Source: Gemmatimonadaceae bacterium (GTDB lineage: Bacteria; Gemmatimonadota; Gemmatimonadetes; Gemmatimonadales; Gemmatimonadaceae). From it: a stretch of DNA of 64,000 bases. Made by a program: the position numbers and the translations under genes. The DNA lies in NCBI GenBank assembly GCA_051859245.1, contig JBHYGA010000001.1:800001-864000 (forward strand). Direction: 5' to 3'. Positions 40,351 through 48,965 of the stretch are shown here, one piece after another (position 1 is the stretch's first letter; each line of letters starts with the position of its first letter). The notes beneath the pieces were generated by a model. That model had not been told where the DNA came from. It searched no databases and worked only from the letters and a program-made list of their open reading frames with translations.

Positions 40351-41352
40351 GTGGACCGCACTCCGGAGACCGATCTGTCCATTCCAGCGAATCTGGGCCT
40401 TCCCTTGACGTCGAGCGGCAATCCCAGCCTTGGGCAGTCGGGCACGATCGCGGGCAGTGTATTGCCGCTTCGTCGGGCAGAGGAGTTGATCGTCACGTTA
40501 CCGGGGGTCCTGAGTGTACGGATCGTGCCGAACGAGACGGGAGCGATCGACGAAGTCCACGTGCTGACCACAGATGCGGTTCCCCCAAAGAACACCGTTC
40601 GCAATATCGAAAGCGCGCTGATGGCGCAGCTCGGGTTGCGGGTGAATCATCGAAAGATTTCGGTCGCGACCACGCTGGACGCGCCTCGGGCGTCGGATCA
40701 GGCGTCGGAGCGGGTGGTCGAACGTTCGGCCGACCGAGTGGCCTCGCGTCAGCCCGAGACCACGTATATGCCGCCTGGCAGCGCGCCGCTGGCGGGAGCG
40801 CCGCTGGCAGGGGCGCCGCTGGCGAGTGCGCCGGTTGGCAGCTCGCCGATGGGCGATGCGCCTCTGCGAGAAGCCCCGGCCATGCGCAACGCACCGATGC
40901 GCGCCGGTTCTCGGCTGTCGGAAGCGACGCAGGCGTTAGCTGCCGCCGAAGGGCGCCGGGTGCTGATCTTCGAGGATGTGGAAGTTCGCCGGTCGCGTTC
41001 CAAGGGTGTGCTGTGCCGCGTGACGCTGAGCCGCGAGCAGTCGCACTACGTGGGCGAGTCGGAAGGACAGGAATCAGAGCGCAGCCGGGTGGAGTTGGCG
41101 GCGCGTGCGGCATTGTCAGCGATTTCACAGGCGGCCTCGGCCTCCGCGGGCGGGGAGCGCTCGGTGGCGCTCGAGGGGGCCAAGCTGATGGACGCGTTCG
41201 ACCGCGAGTTTGTGTTTGTGAGTGTGACCGCTCGCATCGGTCGCGAAATGGTGGTGCTGACCGGGAGCTGCGAGGTACGCGAGAGCGCCGAAACATCGGC
41301 GGTGCTGGCCGTACTGGACGCGACGAATCGTTGGCTGCATTTGGAGCGCTGA
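40351..41352 (+). CDS. Two-domain hypothetical protein with low-complexity linker
   Basis: 333-aa ORF with host-like codons. N-domain IDEVHVL...PKNTVRNIESAL...ISVA, APLAG-repeat linker, alpha/beta C-domain ending AVLDATNRW. Start uncertain. Confidence 0.8.
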   Translation: MDRTPETDLSIPANLGLPLTSSGNPSLGQSGTIAGSVLPLRRAEELIVTLPGVLSVRIVPNETGAIDEVHVLTTDAVPPKNTVRNIESALMAQLGLRVNHRKISVATTLDAPRASDQASERVVERSADRVASRQPETTYMPPGSAPLAGAPLAGAPLASAPVGSSPMGDAPLREAPAMRNAPMRAGSRLSEATQALAAAEGRRVLIFEDVEVRRSRSKGVLCRVTLSREQSHYVGESEGQESERSRVELAARAALSAISQAASASAGGERSVALEGAKLMDAFDREFVFVSVTARIGREMVVLTGSCEVRESAETSAVLAVLDATNRWLHLER

Positions 41353-41381
41353 TCAGGGACTCGTCTCGTGATCAGCTTTTT
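41348..41381 (+). terminator. Intrinsic terminator
   Basis: GCTGATCA...TGATCAGC stem followed by TTTTT, overlapping the stop codon of 40351..41352. Confidence 0.75.
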
Positions 41382-41550
41382 ATTCCTTCCTTCCCATTTG
41401 TCTAACGACAACCTCAAAAACGTCCCCCGTCGCCCAGTAGAGCGGAGCTGAGCGGGCAGGCCATCAGGTAGTTGAGCGGAGCCAACCTAGCACCAGCATG
41501 CGGAGACCATCGGTCCTGCGTGACTACGCATACAGGGAGGTGACGTTGCA

Positions 41551-41622
41551 ATGGAATTCATGGCCCAGCTCGTGAGTGCTATGTGGTCGTTCGTTTTGGC
41601 CGACGCGAAGACCTGGTCTTGA
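41551..41622 (+). CDS. 23-aa small peptide MEFMAQLVSAMWSFVLADAKTWS (not in the ORF track)
   Basis: SD GGAGGTGA at 41536-41543, 7 nt before ATG. Hydrophobic core followed by ADAKTWS and TGA. Ends 44 nt before the HD-GYP gene. Confidence 0.75.
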   Translation: MEFMAQLVSAMWSFVLADAKTWS

Positions 41623-41666
41623 TCCTGATCTGACGCGGTGGGGGACTCCTTTTCTTAATCATCGAA

Positions 41667-42989
41667 ATGCCGCCGAGAGTACTTGCGTACGTCTACGTAG
41701 TCGCTGCGACAGCCATTATGGCTGCCGCGGCGCTTTGGCGTCGCGATCCCTCGTTGAACTTCGATTATTTGCTTGGCTCTTTGGGGCTTGTCGTCCTTGG
41801 AGCGTACACCGCAGTCGCCAAGTACAAGACTAGCCGGAGTGCAGATGGTGAGGTGTCGTTCATTCCTTACCTAACGGCGATCATGATCTATCCGAATTGG
41901 TCCACAATCGGGTTGATTGGAGTCGCAGTCGGTGCAACCGAGCTGTCGAAGAAGAAACACTTTGTTAAGCGCCTCTTTAACACTTCACAGTTTCTTCTAG
42001 CGTCCTCTACGGCGATGTTTGTCTACCTCGGTTTGGGAGGTGTTCCGCTCGCCGAGGATAGTAGCTTCAAAATGTTCGCGCATACGGGAGGCGTGGTTTC
42101 ATTCCTCCTTGTCAACTCCTTCGCGGTTGCTGCGGTAATCGCGATCGCTGAGAAGAAGAATGTGTTTCGTCTCTTCTTCGACGCGAACCGCTCGTCATTT
42201 CTGTACGATCTGTTTGCTATTCCTGGTGTTTACGGAGTCGCGCGCGCGTTCACCGACTGGAGCTGGTGGGGGTTGCTCGTCACGGTGGCTTTGCTTTATG
42301 GCGTTCGGCTGATGTATCAGGCAAAGTTGCAGCTAGAGAATACCAACAGGGAGCTTCTTGAGCTCTTCGTGCACACCGTTGAATTCCGAGATCCTTACAC
42401 TTCAGGCCACTCGCAGCGAGTGGCTCGGATATCGAAGATCATCGCGCGCGCAATAGGCCTGCCAAATCGAGAAGTGGAACGCATCGGGAAAGCTGCACTG
42501 CTTCACGACGTTGGGAAGATCCACGAGATTTTTGCACCGATTCTTAGCAAACCCGGTAAGCTTACGCCGGAAGAGCGCGCGATCATGGAGTTGCATCCAG
42601 TGAAGTCGGCCGAACTCGTTTCAAAGCTGAGCGACTTCAACAACATCATTGACGACGTTCGGCATCATCACGAGAACTTCGACGGAACTGGGTACCCAGA
42701 CCGGCTCGTTGGGAAGTCCATTCCGCTCGGATCGCGGATCATCATGTTCGCAGATACGATCGATGCGATGACCACCGATCGACCGTACAGAAAGGCACTC
42801 GGCCCTGAGGCGGTTAAGGCCGAGTTGGTTCGGTGCCGGGGGCAGCAGTTTGACCCGGACATTTGTGATGCCCTCCTTGCGAGCAACGACTACCATCTGC
42901 TTTTCGGTGGCGTCGAGGGAGTTTCCGTTCCGTCGCTGACGCAGATCCTTGATCGCGTCCGAAAGTCGCGAACGCCAGCCACAGTGTAG
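41667..42989 (+). CDS. Membrane-integral HD-GYP cyclic-dinucleotide phosphodiesterase
   Basis: About 7 TM N-terminal region. HSQRVA, HDVGK, HHENFDGTGYP, ADTIDAMTTDRPYRKAL, QFDP are all intact. Confidence 0.93.
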   Translation: MPPRVLAYVYVVAATAIMAAAALWRRDPSLNFDYLLGSLGLVVLGAYTAVAKYKTSRSADGEVSFIPYLTAIMIYPNWSTIGLIGVAVGATELSKKKHFVKRLFNTSQFLLASSTAMFVYLGLGGVPLAEDSSFKMFAHTGGVVSFLLVNSFAVAAVIAIAEKKNVFRLFFDANRSSFLYDLFAIPGVYGVARAFTDWSWWGLLVTVALLYGVRLMYQAKLQLENTNRELLELFVHTVEFRDPYTSGHSQRVARISKIIARAIGLPNREVERIGKAALLHDVGKIHEIFAPILSKPGKLTPEERAIMELHPVKSAELVSKLSDFNNIIDDVRHHHENFDGTGYPDRLVGKSIPLGSRIIMFADTIDAMTTDRPYRKALGPEAVKAELVRCRGQQFDPDICDALLASNDYHLLFGGVEGVSVPSLTQILDRVRKSRTPATV

Positions 42990-43010
42990 CAACGTTGGTT
43001 CCTCTGAGCA

Positions 43011-46000
43011 CTACTTCTGCGGTCTAGTGCGCAACGATACGGTCGCTGCGTTCGCGATTTCGAGGAGCTCGTGTTGAAGTACATCGAATACGAAGCCGGG
43101 TTGCGAAAGCTCCCTGCGGTCCACTCCGAAGTAGCGGGCGCAAAGCTCACGAGCGAGCTCCAACTTGCCCGACTCGTGAAGCTTCTGCATCACCGAGGCC
43201 GCTAGGAAGTCCTGTCCTGAATACCTACCGTAGGACGTCAGGTAGTGCGTCGCCCGCTCCAACAGAGCCTGGAATGTGGTCGCGTCTGCCACCACGTCTT
43301 CAGCATGAAGACAGAGAGCTGTACAGTATAGGGTCAGCCTCGTTGGCTTCGTCAACCCAGCGGTTGCGAATGCCAGAGCCTCCTGTGACGAAACTAGCTT
43401 CCCGAATGACAGATGTTCGAGTCGAAGGTTAAACAGTCGAACCCAAGTCTCGCCCTCATGCTCCGGAAGCTGTCCGTGCAGAGCAAATGATCTGCCTAAG
43501 TCGATTGCTCGTCCTCGATCGGCTCCTTCGAAGGCTATGACGGTTTTGCGCCACAAAATGTCTAGTAGCCTCGATGAGCTTTCCTGCACTTGTTGAGATT
43601 TCTCCGCTGTGTTTAGGCAGTCCATCGCGCTGACAACGTCACCGCAGACTCGATGCACAAGCGAGGCGTTGTTGAGTAGTCGAAGCCCCGAAAGGGTCTG
43701 CGCATGTAACTCGCGATCCTTGTGAACCGCAACCGCGAGTTTATTGGCTGACTGCAAATCTCCGAAAATTGTGTTGAACTGCATCATTGGCTCGATGACG
43801 TCTTCTTCCTTCACAACACCCGTACGATGCGTCTCGGCCAACATTGAATACGCCCGAAGTCCAATATCTGCCTCGAAGAGATCCGAGGCAGCTGTCAATG
43901 CGACGCGAATGGCACGGATTTGAGTGACGCCATCTCCTTCCGCTCCGGCAGCGATGTCTAATGCTGCGAGTGCGCTCTCCCGACCTGTGCGCTGTAAGTC
44001 TGTGTGTACTGAGGCTTCGATCTGTGACAGTTTCTGCGCAATCGACAGTTGCGTAGCGCCTTCACCATTGCCCAGAAGTTTGTCAGTCGCTCGAGCGACG
44101 AGCCGCCAACTGAAAGCACGTTCTGCAGAAACGACCATTGCATTTAGTATGCTTGTTCGCGCTGAAGCTTCGGAACAGAGATTCAACGCTGACTCCAAAA
44201 ATCTTAGGATGCCGTCGCCCATTCCCGAGTTTGAGAGCCGGTCTGAGTGTTCTAGGCACATGCTCACGAACAAGCTTGCGTCCCCGGATTCCAAAGCAAG
44301 CGATAAGGATCGAAAGGCGTCCTCTACTGAAAATATCGTTCGCAGTCTATTGCTCAGCTGAGTGGCGAGGTCGCGACGGAGCATCTGTAGCTCTGTACTG
44401 GTGAGCTCTGAATGGACAACTCGACGCACTTCGTCGTGACAGGAAATTTCCCCGGCCGCTCCCTCGTGAAGAAGTCCAGCGTTCATCAAGGCTCGAATCG
44501 CCTTGAGGCGATTGGCCAAACCAAACCCAAATGAATCGTCTAGGTCCATTGAGGTGGCTTTTCCGCCGAGGACCGCGGCGACCGCGACCATGAACCTTTC
44601 TTCAGGCTGCAGTCGGCGAATCTGACGAGCAAGAGTCGCCGCGAGAGAGGCGCTCGACCCGCCAGTGAGGCCCGTAACCAGATGTTCGCGGGCTAGTGCG
44701 ATTACGCTCAGCGGAGTGCTGTCGCTGGATACGGCGATGAGAGTGGCCGATTTCGAATCGAGGCGCCGACCTGTCGGCGTAGAAACAAGTGATGCGATCT
44801 CAACACATGCCTTGTGCGACAATTTTTGCAGAAGCACTGTGGTCTGATGACCGTCTTGCGAATCCCCCTCACGTTCTCCAGCCTGATCTTCTCGTTTCGT
44901 AAATACAAAAAGCAGTCGCTCGTGTTGAAATAGATCGAGCATCTCCAGAATGACTTCCGAGGAGTGCACATCCGCTCGCTGCAGATCGTCGATAAGCACT
45001 ATTAGCGGCGTTTCCTCGGCGATCGCAGCTATGAGCTCATACAAGCATTCGTGAAGGGGAGTCTTCGAGTTGGCAAGCCAAGGCGATTCACCTGGGGGAA
45101 GTTCGACTTCTGAGCCTGCGCACTTGCGAAGGACAGTTAACGCCTCTGGAGTGCATCCGAGGGCGCCTGGGAGTCGGAGAAGGCTGCGCACCAAATGCGC
45201 AAGAGTTCCGAACTTCACCGTACTGTCAAAATGAGACACCCTCACCAAACACCGCGCGAACCCAAGTATCATCGCACGACGCGTCACCTCGTACGCCAAC
45301 TCGGTCTTGCCAATGCCCGCCGGGCCGAGCAATCGCACGATGCGCGGTTCGCCTTGCATGGCGGATAGTGTGAGTGCGTCGAGCTTCTGCAATTCGGCAT
45401 CGCGACCAACAAGTCGCGGCGTGGCGGCTTCGTCGTGCGATAAGCGCACGGCGCGTTCGATGCGCTGCTGCGCCTTCTCGACACGACGGCCAAGATCCGT
45501 GCCGCCCACGCCCGTCTCGCGCACGTATGACTCCAGCAACGACGATGCGTTGACTCGACTCCCAAGCATGGCCACCGCTTCGGCCACGATCAACGTGGCG
45601 TCTTCGTTGAAGGGGTCAAACTCCAGCACGGTACGCGCCCAGCGCTCAGCTTCCTCCCACTCACCGCGATCGCGAAGGCGGCGCAACTCCGGCACAAGAA
45701 TGCGACGCACGTCAGCGTGATAGAGCTCGCGCTGCTGCTCCACCCAACGGCGCAGCGCAGAATAGCTCGGCAGCCAACCGGCGAACAGATGACCAAAGGG
45801 CTCCTGACCTTTGAGCACATCACGGTCGAACAACAGTGCCGTTCGATCCAGCGCAAAGCACGGCAGAAACGTGGTGCGCAGCATTCGCACCGACGCGCGG
45901 CTGCTTTCAATCTCCACGCCGAGTTGACGCAGCTTGTACACGTGCTGACGCAGCGAGTGACGCGCCGATGCATCGTCCATGCCTGGCCACACGAGTTCCA

Positions 46001-46268
46001 TCAGGCTCTCGCGGGCGATCACGTGCTCATGCGACATGCCCACCACCACGAGCAGCGAAAACATGCGCTCGGCGCCCGGCGCGATGACGCCACCACCGCC
46101 AATGTGAATCTCCGCCGTGCCGAGCGTGCGAAAGAGCACCTGCCCGCGTTCAAGCGCGGGCAGCGGCAGCGGTTCAGGCGCGTAGAAGGATTCCAGAGGC
46201 ATCTCATCCAGGGCGAGCGCCGAAGCGGTCGAAATCATTGGCTTCTCCAGGTGGCGGGTAGACGTCAT
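43011..46268 (-). CDS. SARP/BTAD + STAND-type AAA ATPase transcriptional regulator
   Basis: RESLMELVWP..ARHSLRQ wHTH, BTAD (LEFDPFNE), LVGRDAEL, Walker A GPAGIGKT, Walker B IVLIDDLQ, helical C-terminus. Confidence 0.85.
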   Translation of the reverse strand: MTSTRHLEKPMISTASALALDEMPLESFYAPEPLPLPALERGQVLFRTLGTAEIHIGGGGVIAPGAERMFSLLVVVGMSHEHVIARESLMELVWPGMDDASARHSLRQHVYKLRQLGVEIESSRASVRMLRTTFLPCFALDRTALLFDRDVLKGQEPFGHLFAGWLPSYSALRRWVEQQRELYHADVRRILVPELRRLRDRGEWEEAERWARTVLEFDPFNEDATLIVAEAVAMLGSRVNASSLLESYVRETGVGGTDLGRRVEKAQQRIERAVRLSHDEAATPRLVGRDAELQKLDALTLSAMQGEPRIVRLLGPAGIGKTELAYEVTRRAMILGFARCLVRVSHFDSTVKFGTLAHLVRSLLRLPGALGCTPEALTVLRKCAGSEVELPPGESPWLANSKTPLHECLYELIAAIAEETPLIVLIDDLQRADVHSSEVILEMLDLFQHERLLFVFTKREDQAGEREGDSQDGHQTTVLLQKLSHKACVEIASLVSTPTGRRLDSKSATLIAVSSDSTPLSVIALAREHLVTGLTGGSSASLAATLARQIRRLQPEERFMVAVAAVLGGKATSMDLDDSFGFGLANRLKAIRALMNAGLLHEGAAGEISCHDEVRRVVHSELTSTELQMLRRDLATQLSNRLRTIFSVEDAFRSLSLALESGDASLFVSMCLEHSDRLSNSGMGDGILRFLESALNLCSEASARTSILNAMVVSAERAFSWRLVARATDKLLGNGEGATQLSIAQKLSQIEASVHTDLQRTGRESALAALDIAAGAEGDGVTQIRAIRVALTAASDLFEADIGLRAYSMLAETHRTGVVKEEDVIEPMMQFNTIFGDLQSANKLAVAVHKDRELHAQTLSGLRLLNNASLVHRVCGDVVSAMDCLNTAEKSQQVQESSSRLLDILWRKTVIAFEGADRGRAIDLGRSFALHGQLPEHEGETWVRLFNLRLEHLSFGKLVSSQEALAFATAGLTKPTRLTLYCTALCLHAEDVVADATTFQALLERATHYLTSYGRYSGQDFLAASVMQKLHESGKLELARELCARYFGVDRRELSQPGFVFDVLQHELLEIANAATVSLRTRPQK

Positions 46269-46365
46269 CCGGCCAATCTGGAAGCCCCCGTCACCGGAGC
46301 GTCATCTCATGGTGACGATAGCGCGCACACGCCACCCCCACGATGCCGCTCCGGGGCGAGACGCG

Positions 46366-47373
46366 CTACTTCACCGCATCCGGCAACCGCACAATGTCGT
46401 GGAACGCCGCATTGTCGGCTTCCGCCTGGAAGTTCAGCACCAACCGGTGCCGCAGCACGGCCGGCGCCACCGCGCGCACGTCTTCAAAATCCGGCGCCGC
46501 CCGGCCGTCCATTGCCGCCCGCGCCTTCGCGCCCAACACCAGGTACTGCGACGCGCGAGGACCCGCGCCCCACGACACGTATTTTTTCACGCCCGGGCCC
46601 GCCATTGGATCATCCGGACGCGTACTGCGCGCCACCATTACCGCGTACTGCACCACACTCGGCGGCGCCGGCAATCGGCGTACGAGATGCTGCAACGCCA
46701 GCAACTCTTCGGCACCGAGCACCGGCGTGATTTCCGGCGCTCGATCACCCGTTGTTGCGTGCACAATCTGTTCTTCTTCTTCGCGCGACGGATACCCGAG
46801 TCGCAGTTCAAACATGAAACGATCCAGCTGCGCTTCAGGCAGCGGATACGTGCCTTCCTGTTCAATCGGGTTCTGTGTGGCCAATACAAAAAACGGTGAC
46901 GGCAACGAATACGTGTGACCAGCAACCGTCACCGTGCGTTCCTGCATGGCTTGCAACAACGCGGCCTGCGTTTTGGGTGGGGCTCGATTGATTTCGTCGG
47001 CCAGCACAACCTGTCCGAAAATCGGTCCTTTCACAAAACGAAACGTGCGATGTCCGGTGGCCGCATCTTCTTCCATCAACTCGGTGCCGGTGATGTCACT
47101 CGGCATGAGATCCGGTGTGAACTGCACGCGCGAAAATGACAATGCGAGTGCTTGCGACACGGTCTGCACTAACAACGTTTTGGCGAGACCCGGCACACCC
47201 ACCAACACCGCGTGTCCACCCGCCAACAATGCCGCGACGAGATCGTCAACAATCTGCGCCTGTCCAACAATGCGTCGCGCGATTTGTGCACGCAGTTGTG
47301 TGCGCGCTTCGGCGAGACGGCCGAGCAACGCAATGTCGTCATTCACGAGCGGCGGAGAACTCTGAGAGGGCAT
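46366..47373 (-). CDS. MoxR family AAA+ ATPase
   Basis: [51 protein letters not shown]. Confidence 0.95.
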   Translation of the reverse strand: MPSQSSPPLVNDDIALLGRLAEARTQLRAQIARRIVGQAQIVDDLVAALLAGGHAVLVGVPGLAKTLLVQTVSQALALSFSRVQFTPDLMPSDITGTELMEEDAATGHRTFRFVKGPIFGQVVLADEINRAPPKTQAALLQAMQERTVTVAGHTYSLPSPFFVLATQNPIEQEGTYPLPEAQLDRFMFELRLGYPSREEEEQIVHATTGDRAPEITPVLGAEELLALQHLVRRLPAPPSVVQYAVMVARSTRPDDPMAGPGVKKYVSWGAGPRASQYLVLGAKARAAMDGRAAPDFEDVRAVAPAVLRHRLVLNFQAEADNAAFHDIVRLPDAVK

Positions 47374-47500
47374 AAGCGGTCAGCGGGGCGGGGCGTGTGC
47401 TGAAGCAAGAACTCGGGTGGGCGCGCAGTGGACGACGGTGTGCTCGCTACACAACGCGTAAAGCTACGTGTGTGTTGTAGCTTCGCGCCATGAAACACGA

Positions 47501-47522
47501 CGACCCGCCGGAGAGCGGGTCG
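47501..47522 (-). terminator. Possible terminator hairpin after the BsuPI-like gene
   Basis: CGACCCGC-N6-GCGGGTCG with a weak U-tract on the minus strand. Confidence 0.45.
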
Positions 47523-47558
47523 GATGTCGAATGCGCGGGATGAACGGCCGCAGAACGT

Positions 47559-48017
47559 TTACTGAATCGCGAAGTCAACGCGCTTTTCTACCGGATGTGA
47601 ATCGCTGTGCAACACGGCCACAAGCGTGTAGCGTCCAGCGCTCGGTGGTGCAGGCCAGCGCTCATCATACGTCACGATGTCACGCGCTTCGAGCATGCGG
47701 TTTTTCATGAGCTGCGTGAACATGCGTCCATCGCTCCAGCGCCACACTTCACGACCGGTTGCATCGAGCACGACAAAATCGTGTGTGCGTCCGCTGGGGA
47801 AGTTGAGCTCCACACGTTTGCTCGTGCCGTTGGTCACACTCAGCGCAAACCGGACGGTGCGTGAGCCAGGTGCCGCATCGACACGAACCGCCGCGGTGAC
47901 CGCGCTGTCCGGTGCCACCGCTGGACGCGCTGCAACGGCGCTCGTGTGGCTGCGTGGTCCGCAGGCAAACACAAGCACGGCAGTGGCCAAAAGTGGTACG
48001 GTGATGCGCGCGAGCAT
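47559..48017 (-). CDS. BsuPI-like (proteinase inhibitor domain) lipoprotein
   Basis: Lipobox VFA|C, LNFPSGRTHDF...GREVWRWSDGRMFTQ motif. Confidence 0.8.
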   Translation of the reverse strand: MLARITVPLLATAVLVFACGPRSHTSAVAARPAVAPDSAVTAAVRVDAAPGSRTVRFALSVTNGTSKRVELNFPSGRTHDFVVLDATGREVWRWSDGRMFTQLMKNRMLEARDIVTYDERWPAPPSAGRYTLVAVLHSDSHPVEKRVDFAIQ

Positions 48018-48239
48018 CAGAAAGTGCGGTGGAGGGTGGGCACGGGGCGCAGGATGAACCCCTTCAATAACTTGGACGTGCGAATGTCACATTTCGCAAC
48101 ACCGCGATGTTATCAACGGCGGGGTGATGTGTCAAGGCAACAGTCGTGGGCTAAGTATTGCACTGGAGCCAACTTCGCACAATGGCGAGTGTTCAATTCG
48201 GGGACTTTCGGTTGGTCTTCGGAAGAGCTTGTGGTTTGC

Positions 48240-48257
48240 TTGCGAAAAATTTCACAA
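48240..48257. promoter_or_regulatory. Rex-type operator upstream of the atp operon
   Basis: TTGCGAA-AAAT-TTCACAA, one mismatch to TTGTGAA-N4-TTCACAA, 20 nt before the first atp gene. Confidence 0.7.
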
Positions 48258-48277
48258 GCGCCTAGTTTCCCGATTCT

Positions 48278-48553
48278 ATGGTGGACATTGAGCGGCCGTC
48301 GTCCCCGAAGTCGGACCCGGAAATCAGTCCCTGGTCGCTGGCGGGTTTGGGGATTCAGTTCGCGGTCGCGCTGGTGTTCTTCGGCTACGCCGGGCAGTGG
48401 CTCGACCAGCGGCTCAACTCCGCGCCGGCATTTCTTTTGATCGGTGTGATGCTGGGCGCGGGCGGCACGTTCTACCTGAGCTATCGGAACCTTACGGCCC
48501 CGAAGCGGAGAGAGCAGCCGCCCGATGATCCGCCGGACGGAGCAGGATCGTGA
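48278..48553 (+). CDS. AtpZ/AtpI family protein
   Basis: GLGIQFA...GYAGQWLD...P.FLLIGVMLG two-TM pattern, first gene of the atp operon. Confidence 0.85.
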   Translation: MVDIERPSSPKSDPEISPWSLAGLGIQFAVALVFFGYAGQWLDQRLNSAPAFLLIGVMLGAGGTFYLSYRNLTAPKRREQPPDDPPDGAGS

Positions 48554-48951
48554 GTGCAAGCAGTTCGGCGAACAATGCGGCAGGTAGATCGGGCGCGGGG
48601 CTGGTGCGCGCCATTGCACTCTTCGCGGCCGCGCAGTTGGTGGTGCTCGGACTGGTTGGTGCGGCGCTCGGTTGGTTCTTCAGAGTGCCTGGTGATCGAA
48701 CGGCCATTATCACGGCCGCGTGGGTCGCGCTGGGTGTGCAGTTGCTCACCCTCGCGATTGTGAAGCTGGCAGGACGTGATCAGGTGATCGCGGCGTGGGG
48801 CCTTGGTGTGCTGGTGCGATTCGCTGTGGTGGCGCTGTGGGGCTTTCTGGTGGTACCCGCGCTTGGTTTGGCGGCGACGCCGGCGTTAATCGCACTGGTT
48901 TCGTTTTTCTTCGTCTCGACCGTGGTCGAGCCGCTATTCCTGAACATTTGA
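48550..48951 (+). CDS. ATP synthase I-like 4-TM membrane protein
   Basis: Four hydrophobic segments, position before atpB. Confidence 0.7.
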   Translation: MSASSSANNAAGRSGAGLVRAIALFAAAQLVVLGLVGAALGWFFRVPGDRTAIITAAWVALGVQLLTLAIVKLAGRDQVIAAWGLGVLVRFAVVALWGFLVVPALGLAATPALIALVSFFFVSTVVEPLFLNI

Positions 48952-48965
48952 CCCCGATCTCCGGG

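Noticed and set aside
41400..41550. c-di-GMP-I/II riboswitch ahead of the HD-GYP gene
   Set aside because: The conserved GEMM-type motifs could not be found. It is retained only as an unknown structured leader.
41576..41833. 85-aa ORF from the track overlapping the peptide and HD-GYP start
   Set aside because: No SD, no protein-like features, and it conflicts with two better-supported ORFs.
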